From NCBI GenBank assembly GCA_964618805.1, contig CAZUBM010000003.1:23742-87741 (forward strand): 64,000 bases of DNA, read 5' to 3'. Shown in pieces: positions 58,347 through 64,000 of the stretch. The first letter of the stretch is position 1. Each line of letters begins with the position of its first letter. The translations under genes and the position numbers were made by a program. This DNA comes from an uncultured Nitrososphaerota archaeon (GTDB lineage: Archaea; Korarchaeota; Korarchaeia; Korarchaeales; Korarchaeaceae). Under the pieces are notes generated by a model, which saw only the letters and a program-made list of their open reading frames with translations, made no database searches and was not told where the DNA came from.

Positions 58347-60780
58347 ATCTCCTCGACCTCTTGAACCTTCTTTTTGGTCTAGAAGCTAAAGATGCCCTGA
58401 TTCTGATGAGGATGATCGTTAAGACAAGAGCGAAGATTAAGAAGAAGATACCCTTGGCTAGATTTGATATAAGCAAGGTTATCTGTAGCGCTTCTGTGTC
58501 CTTATAATCGTCGAAGAACTTGTTTCTATCATCCTTGTATTCTACAGAGACCAATAGAGATGTTAATTTAGATATAGATGTGTAGAACCAGCTGGTTTCT
58601 ACGTTTATTATCACTTTAGCCGTTTCATTAGGTTCTATCTTATCCAAGGAAATCCTTTGTCTATTCGATTCTCTTTCATAGGAGACCTCTGCTCCTTCTG
58701 GTACAGATATTACCTTTATTGAGAGTTCTTTATCAGCCCTAAGCTGAAGTGAGACGTCCTTTCCTAGAGAATTTCCTTTATTCGTTATTTCAATGGATAT
58801 TGGCTTCTGTTGATGCCATTTTATAGTGAAATCCGAGACATTAAGCTGAACCACGATGTCGGGTCTCATAACCGTGATGTTAACTTCTTTCTCTAATTCT
58901 CTGACATTACCTAGCGGATCTAAATATGTTATTTTGGTAATAGAGGCTAGAACATTCCCTCCGGGAGGTGAATTTGCCTTCACCTTGAAGCCATATGTAA
59001 CCGTTACCCCAGGCTCTATTCTTGCGATCGGAAATCCCTCTCCCACAGCTATCATCGAAGCAACACTTGCGTTTGGGCTGCCTTCTGTCAATACTTGAAA
59101 TCCATCGCCAAGTTCTTCAGCTATGGCCACAGTTGAAGCTGGAACTTCTCCTGTGTTTTTGAATTTAACGGTAATTACTGCTTCCTCTCCCAAGTAGATC
59201 TCGTTTCTATCGACTTCTTTTGAGATTATCTCAAGATTCGCATTTCTCGCTAACTCTAGTTCCAAGAGCCTAGATCTAATAGGTTCCCCAGAATCCTTGA
59301 GTATTATGAAAGATATCGTGGCTGGAGTTAAGCCTTGAACCTTTTGAGGTGCCTTTATCGTGGCTTCATATACAGCACTTTGTCCTGGCGCTAAAGTCAT
59401 CTGATTCCCCTTCTCCTCCAAGATATGACATCCCAAGGGCAAATCAACTCTAACCTCAAGGTTCAGCGTAATCCCGCTTACAAGATTGCTTAAGGTGAGT
59501 CTAACCTTCATAGTGTCATTTTCGACAAACCTTGGAGGCTCGTACCCCTCCGTGAGTGGACCCTCATAATCTAGGTCTATACCTAGAGAGGTGATCCAAA
59601 ACCATTCTATTAGAAGCTGAGAGGCGTGATAGGAATAGCTTAGGTCGTCCCATAGGAAGTGGGGCACTCCCTGTGGATGAAGAGACCAGTACCCCTCCTC
59701 AGTCTGGCTTTCTTTTAGTTGAGAGACAAAATAACCGCCTCGCTTTACCACATCGGTCGTATCAATCAGACCTAAGGCTGAAGAATAGCATAGGGACCTT
59801 ATGGAAAATGAAGCCTCTCTGAAGCCTAAGGCCGTATTTAGATTTAGATACTCGCTTTCGTATCTAGAAGCTTGTTTCAAGAGTTCAATATCAACATTAT
59901 AGCCCTTCATGTGAGCAGCTATTAAAGCCTCTAGAACTCTGGCTGTTACAAAGCTCTCTCCATAAATATCCTTCTGAGTAGTCAGAACAGTAGACCAGTG
60001 AGCTTTGGATTGGTATTTTTTAGCTGAGGATTGAAGAAAAGATATAGCTCTTTTTATGGCGGCGTCTACTGAAAAACCTGCTTTCTTTGTAATAAGTAAA
60101 GCTTCAAGCGTTATAGCCGTAAAATACGGATCAGACATTTTCTCAACATCTTCAATTGACTGAGGGTATTTCCCCCACCCTCCATTGGGGTTTTGAGAGC
60201 TCAAGAGCGCACCAACAGCCTTTGCTAATTCCTGATGCTCCGGTCCAGAGTTTGGAATGATCCCTAGTGTCTGAGCCTTTATTATAACTTTGATGACGTC
60301 TGTGGTAACTTCTGTGCTCATGGCATCTCCTCTGCTAAAATCTACCCAGCCCCCAGGGGGGCTTCTGCTCCTAGCTGTACTGAAAAGAAAGTGAGAACAT
60401 ATTGAAGCTATCTTCTCCTTTGCCAGAGCAACATCTTTATCAGGAAGATTTAATAGATCTTTGTTCTCTATAGAGAACTCTAAGATTGCAGCCGCATATA
60501 GGTTAATGTTTAGAGTTGGCTCCATGGGTGCTCCAGGAGTCGGAACATAATATAACAGACCACCGATCCATGCTATTTCTCCTGGATTTTTTAGCGAACT
60601 TCCTCGAGGTAGCTCTCGTATCCCTTTTAGGACAAATGAAAAGAGATGTGCAAGCCCTACAAGTTCATCAGGCTCTTCCTGAGCTCTGGTCTGGCTTAAT
60701 TTTGGAAGTGAACTCAAAAGAATAATGAGTATGAGAGGAAGAACTATATCTCTTCTAAAATTCCATCTTGATAAGCACAT
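58339..60780 (-). CDS. Surface protein: alpha/alpha toroid (prenyltransferase/A2M-TED-like) plus Ig-like domains and C-terminal TM
   Basis: QW-like repeats SQNPNGGWG and SQTEEGYW; TAITLEAL, TARVLEAL; KNTGEVPA and TNKGNSLG Ig modules; TM followed by RRFKR. Confidence 0.7.
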   Translation of the reverse strand: MCLSRWNFRRDIVLPLILIILLSSLPKLSQTRAQEEPDELVGLAHLFSFVLKGIRELPRGSSLKNPGEIAWIGGLLYYVPTPGAPMEPTLNINLYAAAILEFSIENKDLLNLPDKDVALAKEKIASICSHFLFSTARSRSPPGGWVDFSRGDAMSTEVTTDVIKVIIKAQTLGIIPNSGPEHQELAKAVGALLSSQNPNGGWGKYPQSIEDVEKMSDPYFTAITLEALLITKKAGFSVDAAIKRAISFLQSSAKKYQSKAHWSTVLTTQKDIYGESFVTARVLEALIAAHMKGYNVDIELLKQASRYESEYLNLNTALGFREASFSIRSLCYSSALGLIDTTDVVKRGGYFVSQLKESQTEEGYWSLHPQGVPHFLWDDLSYSYHASQLLIEWFWITSLGIDLDYEGPLTEGYEPPRFVENDTMKVRLTLSNLVSGITLNLEVRVDLPLGCHILEEKGNQMTLAPGQSAVYEATIKAPQKVQGLTPATISFIILKDSGEPIRSRLLELELARNANLEIISKEVDRNEIYLGEEAVITVKFKNTGEVPASTVAIAEELGDGFQVLTEGSPNASVASMIAVGEGFPIARIEPGVTVTYGFKVKANSPPGGNVLASITKITYLDPLGNVRELEKEVNITVMRPDIVVQLNVSDFTIKWHQQKPISIEITNKGNSLGKDVSLQLRADKELSIKVISVPEGAEVSYERESNRQRISLDKIEPNETAKVIINVETSWFYTSISKLTSLLVSVEYKDDRNKFFDDYKDTEALQITLLISNLAKGIFFLIFALVLTIILIRIRASLASRPKRRFKRSRRFG

Positions 60781-60859
60781 TTCAATAGAGATGCAAAGAA
60801 AAGTATATTAAACACTATCAACGAAAAGGTTCACTCACCATAAGCAGATTTCGAATTTG

Positions 60860-60884
60860 AAAAAGAAAAGGGAGGTGGGGGCCC
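60860..60884 (-). terminator. T-rich terminator of S-layer gene
   Basis: Minus strand reads TAA-GGGCCCCCACCTCCC-TTTTCTTTTT. Confidence 0.55.
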
Positions 60885-63794
60885 TTAAGGCCCAGCACCG
60901 GCTCCCATACCAATTGGTGTTACGCCTGGCGTTGTACCGACGACTACCATGATCACTGGAGATACACGGGGCGGTTTGAACACCGGAGGCATGTATGGAG
61001 TTACACCAACGACTATTACGAAGCTTGTGTTGCAGAAGTTCGGAGCAGTCTCATAGATTATCTTGGTTGGATCAGCAAGGGCTACGGAGGCCGCGTAAGT
61101 ACCGAACCTGTCGGTACCAGCCACGACGAGAATCCAGTTTTCAAGACTTCCTACCTCTGTTCCCCATGGATCGGTTTCACCAGTGTCCCATCTTGCAGAA
61201 GCGCCTGTGCCTCCAATCCAGTAGGCTGTGTACTGTATCACACCGAGACCGGTTGTGTATCTGGGTATGTATTCCTCTGGCCATGGGAGACCTGTCAAAC
61301 CAAGAGCGTACTCTAGATCATAGTAATTAGGCGTTCCATCTGGAGCAATGTCGGTTGGATAGTATAACTTGTCCTCTACGTAGTAGATGTACAGGTAGTT
61401 AGTGTCATTGAGGTAATCTACTACAGTGTTTACATGAGGCCCGCCGACGAGAATCAAGTCCTTGTCAATCACGTCATCGCTTAACGTAGTTCCGTCAAAC
61501 ACCTGGGTATCTAGGTAAACAAGAGGTGTCTTTATGAAGCTGAAGACATCCTCTCCTTGATAAAGTTGATCCCATTCGGGTGGATCTTCGTCTATACGGC
61601 CGTCTCCGTCATCGTCCAAGCCGTTTATTGGATCTTCATTGTAGGCCCCGTCTCCGTCGTTGTCTCGCACAGTTCCATTGAAGGTCGTTCCTGGTAAGCA
61701 GTTGAAGCTGTCGTATATGCCTGCGTGGATTCCGGTTACGTTGTAGACGTGCAAGGTTGAGGTGTACCACCAGGTTGTCAGGCTTACGCCGGACAGGTAT
61801 TGGTCGGGCCATACATCTATTGGAGCAGCTGGAGTCACTGCTGCTCCGTCCCAGTCGTATCCAAAGAGGTTATATGCGTCCACCTGGCAACCAGTTCTCT
61901 GGAATGTGTCAGTCCAGTGCAGGTAGAAGGTCCATGCAGTTCCTTCGCAAGGTCCATCTGGGCAGTCCACTGGACCCCAGAAGACCATGTCACCACTTTC
62001 AGTGCCTTCGGGCAGATCTGGAATGTTAAATTCAGTGCAGCCTGGCCACGTTACGTTTGCCTCTATCCATATGAATTCCTCTGAGACTCCTGGCTCTGCT
62101 GCAGCAGGTGGGATAGCCATGAACCCGGGCGAGCTGTCCTCTCCGTAGAATGTCCATCCTACTATCCTTCCGTCAGACGTGTTGTCAGGAGACACGACGA
62201 CTCCTGGATCATAGAAGAAGTCGGTCCACCAGTCAACGAAGTACGCACATAGCTTCTCGTATGGTCCTCCAGCAGCAGGAGTGGATACATCAAACTCTCC
62301 GACTACGGCTAGATCATTGCTCTTCAAAGCCATAGTGCTTGCTTCCATTAACACTGCAACATCGTCGGCTCCTGTGATGGCGAGAAGATCGTAGTCCTCA
62401 GCGTTCTCGTAATCGGTCGTTGGTGCACCATCCTCATCTGGGACGTCCACGTTCTGTGCATAAACCCATCCCAGGGTTACTCCGTCAACGAAGTTGACTA
62501 ATCCTGCATCGAGCACCTCTGGAGATGTCGCCCAAGAGGGATCTCCCCAGGCGGGCGGCGGGTTGAGGGCGTTGTACTTCATCGGCGTACTCTCTATGGC
62601 ACCAGTTGGGTCGTTAACCCATCCTTCAAACACGATCGGTGGAGCGAAGTATGAGCTGAAGAACTGGCACCTTACAAGGTCGTTGTCGTAGTCAACATCC
62701 CAGATCTCGACATAGAAGTAGCCGAGCACTGCTTCTGTTATTCCATCGTTGTTTATGTCAAGCTCTATCTTAAGGAGGCTTGGTCCCTCAAACGCATACC
62801 AGACCCTGTGGAATGTCGTTGAAACGAGGTCCAGGTATGAAACACCTGCTGAATCTGTGCTGAACCTGTCTATGACCATTCCTCCTGGCTGATCCTTCAG
62901 GACGAACTCAACTATAGGATTGCCTGCGGTGTCAGGAGTTATGCTCTCGAGCATTATGGTGTAACCGAGCCATGGTATCACGTAATCCACATCTAGGGCA
63001 AGGTATTGTGGGGTCTGTGGCCATGAGAACTGAAGACCTGGGTGAGTCCAAGTTATAGAACCTCTTGCGAGTGAGGCTCCTGTCTTAGCATCATAGTCAC
63101 CTAAAGCAGGAGGAGTTCCGAAGGCATACGTGAAGGCCACATCCCTTTGATGAGCAGCGCCGTCTAAGGTTATCAAAACGTCGCTTAGCACCACCATTCC
63201 GGCTGACTTTGCGTCGTTCATCTCGGTTGTGTCAACGCGATAACCAACCATGTAGTGAAGGTGGCCATCGAGGTCTATGCTTTGCGGGGCTATCCAGTAG
63301 TTAACGTCTGGATCAACGCAGTAGATCTCCTCAAATGGGTCGTCTAACCATGTTCCAGGAGATGCATTCGTGAAGAGGATTGTGCTCGTACCTGCATCAA
63401 GAGGATCTGTCTGCGTTAGCAGGTCATAGCGGTCTAAGACAACATTCCAGTCATTTATCCAGAACTTCCTTGCATACCTGTCGCCCTTCCAGCTTCCATC
63501 AACATCGGGTGCGCGCCAATAGTAGAGGTGAGTTCCTATCTTAAATCCGAGCAGAGTAGCTCCAACAACGTCGTGTGGTAGTGCTTTCTCTCCTAGGATT
63601 ATTGCAGTTGTTGGAGTTCCATCCTCCTCGAAGATAGTACCGGTAACAGCAGTTCCATCGTAGTCTTCCTTTATGTGGTCGATGAAGTTCTGCGGAAACT
63701 CGTGTACATACGGCTGAGCCATCACTGGGGCAACCATCAGCCCGATTAGGGCCAGGGCCGCCGCCAGAACAGCTAGTTTCTTATACATATTCAT
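60885..63794 (-). CDS. Major S-layer protein (Methanococcales/Thermococcales-like S_layer_N/C termini)
   Basis: Signal peptide; AIILGEKA..DVVGA N-motif; DLILVGGPHVN and LVVAGTDRFGTYAA C-motifs; acidic; C-ending codon bias; true start may be ATG 63788. Confidence 0.85.
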   Translation of the reverse strand: MNMYKKLAVLAAALALIGLMVAPVMAQPYVHEFPQNFIDHIKEDYDGTAVTGTIFEEDGTPTTAIILGEKALPHDVVGATLLGFKIGTHLYYWRAPDVDGSWKGDRYARKFWINDWNVVLDRYDLLTQTDPLDAGTSTILFTNASPGTWLDDPFEEIYCVDPDVNYWIAPQSIDLDGHLHYMVGYRVDTTEMNDAKSAGMVVLSDVLITLDGAAHQRDVAFTYAFGTPPALGDYDAKTGASLARGSITWTHPGLQFSWPQTPQYLALDVDYVIPWLGYTIMLESITPDTAGNPIVEFVLKDQPGGMVIDRFSTDSAGVSYLDLVSTTFHRVWYAFEGPSLLKIELDINNDGITEAVLGYFYVEIWDVDYDNDLVRCQFFSSYFAPPIVFEGWVNDPTGAIESTPMKYNALNPPPAWGDPSWATSPEVLDAGLVNFVDGVTLGWVYAQNVDVPDEDGAPTTDYENAEDYDLLAITGADDVAVLMEASTMALKSNDLAVVGEFDVSTPAAGGPYEKLCAYFVDWWTDFFYDPGVVVSPDNTSDGRIVGWTFYGEDSSPGFMAIPPAAAEPGVSEEFIWIEANVTWPGCTEFNIPDLPEGTESGDMVFWGPVDCPDGPCEGTAWTFYLHWTDTFQRTGCQVDAYNLFGYDWDGAAVTPAAPIDVWPDQYLSGVSLTTWWYTSTLHVYNVTGIHAGIYDSFNCLPGTTFNGTVRDNDGDGAYNEDPINGLDDDGDGRIDEDPPEWDQLYQGEDVFSFIKTPLVYLDTQVFDGTTLSDDVIDKDLILVGGPHVNTVVDYLNDTNYLYIYYVEDKLYYPTDIAPDGTPNYYDLEYALGLTGLPWPEEYIPRYTTGLGVIQYTAYWIGGTGASARWDTGETDPWGTEVGSLENWILVVAGTDRFGTYAASVALADPTKIIYETAPNFCNTSFVIVVGVTPYMPPVFKPPRVSPVIMVVVGTTPGVTPIGMGAGAGP

Positions 63795-63809
63795 ACCTCA
63801 CTTTTTAGT

Positions 63810-63863
63810 CTTCGCCCCCGTCTTGGACGAGGGCGAAGTCAACTTGACCGAACAATACTTAAA
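63810..63863 (-). promoter_or_regulatory. S-layer promoter (TTTAAGTA 63863-63856) and 5'-UTR stem-loop (63838-63810)
   Basis: mRNA-sense CTTCGCCC-T-CGTC-caa-GACG-G-GGGCGAAG, 13 bp including one U-G pair; followed by SD GTGAGGT. Confidence 0.7.
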
Positions 63864-63930
63864 CATTCTTTATGAAAATGTTGCGAAACGTTGCAAAACC
63901 TCTCTGTGCAGGAATTAATTCCAATTCTTT

Positions 63931-63960
63931 TCTCTTCTTCTTTAATCTCTTCTTCTTTAA
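63931..63960. repeat. Exact 15-bp tandem duplication TCTCTTCTTCTTTAA
   Basis: 63931-63945 is identical to 63946-63960. Confidence 0.85.
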
Positions 63961-64000
63961 AGAGGAAAGAAGAAGTAGGAGAGGCGAGAATCTATTTGAA

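Noticed and set aside
76-62691. Many 60-190 aa ORFs antisense to or overlapping the called genes (e.g. 40094-40657, 57970-58389, 23252-23662)
   Set aside because: Shadow ORFs opposite well-supported genes, with Ser/Leu/Phe-rich composition and no motifs.
1-64000. CRISPR arrays, cas genes, IS elements, inteins (e.g. in RadA), rRNA
   Set aside because: No regularly spaced repeats, transposase/integrase motifs, intein-sized insertions or rRNA-like sequence seen by eye.

Overview
Gene-dense (~42% GC) archaeal chromosome segment. The markers (histone, rpS25e, tetraether synthase Tes, RadA, Hjc, intron-containing tRNAs, archaeal DTD) fit a probably thermophilic TACK/Thermoproteota-type lineage; this placement is an inference. 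Most of the ~65 CDS are housekeeping genes. There are three tRNAs: Tyr-GTA and Arg-TCG with 37/38 introns, and an intronless Arg-TCT nested antisense inside an ORF. An S-layer/surface-protein cluster sits at the right end. No CRISPR array, IS element or integrase was seen. The best candidate for an undescribed system is 20056-22350. It is a two-gene cassette encoding a protein with a class III (pilin) signal peptide, a pilin/ArlG-like domain, amphipathic repeats, a Gly/Ala hydrophobic segment and a basic PD-(D/E)xK-like nuclease tip, followed by a very acidic immunity-like protein. This reads as a putative pilus-displayed archaeal polymorphic toxin. Other leads: a box C/D-like sRNA whose guide is complementary to the 16S anti-SD tail; an ArcE-like ligase + creatininase + pyruvate kinase operon; PspA with a membrane-anchored winged-helix partner; a GIY-YIG-HAD fusion; a membrane pseudo-HerA ATPase next to hjc; and a methanogen-type SerRS. 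All protein calls come from motif recognition by eye; no database searches were run.
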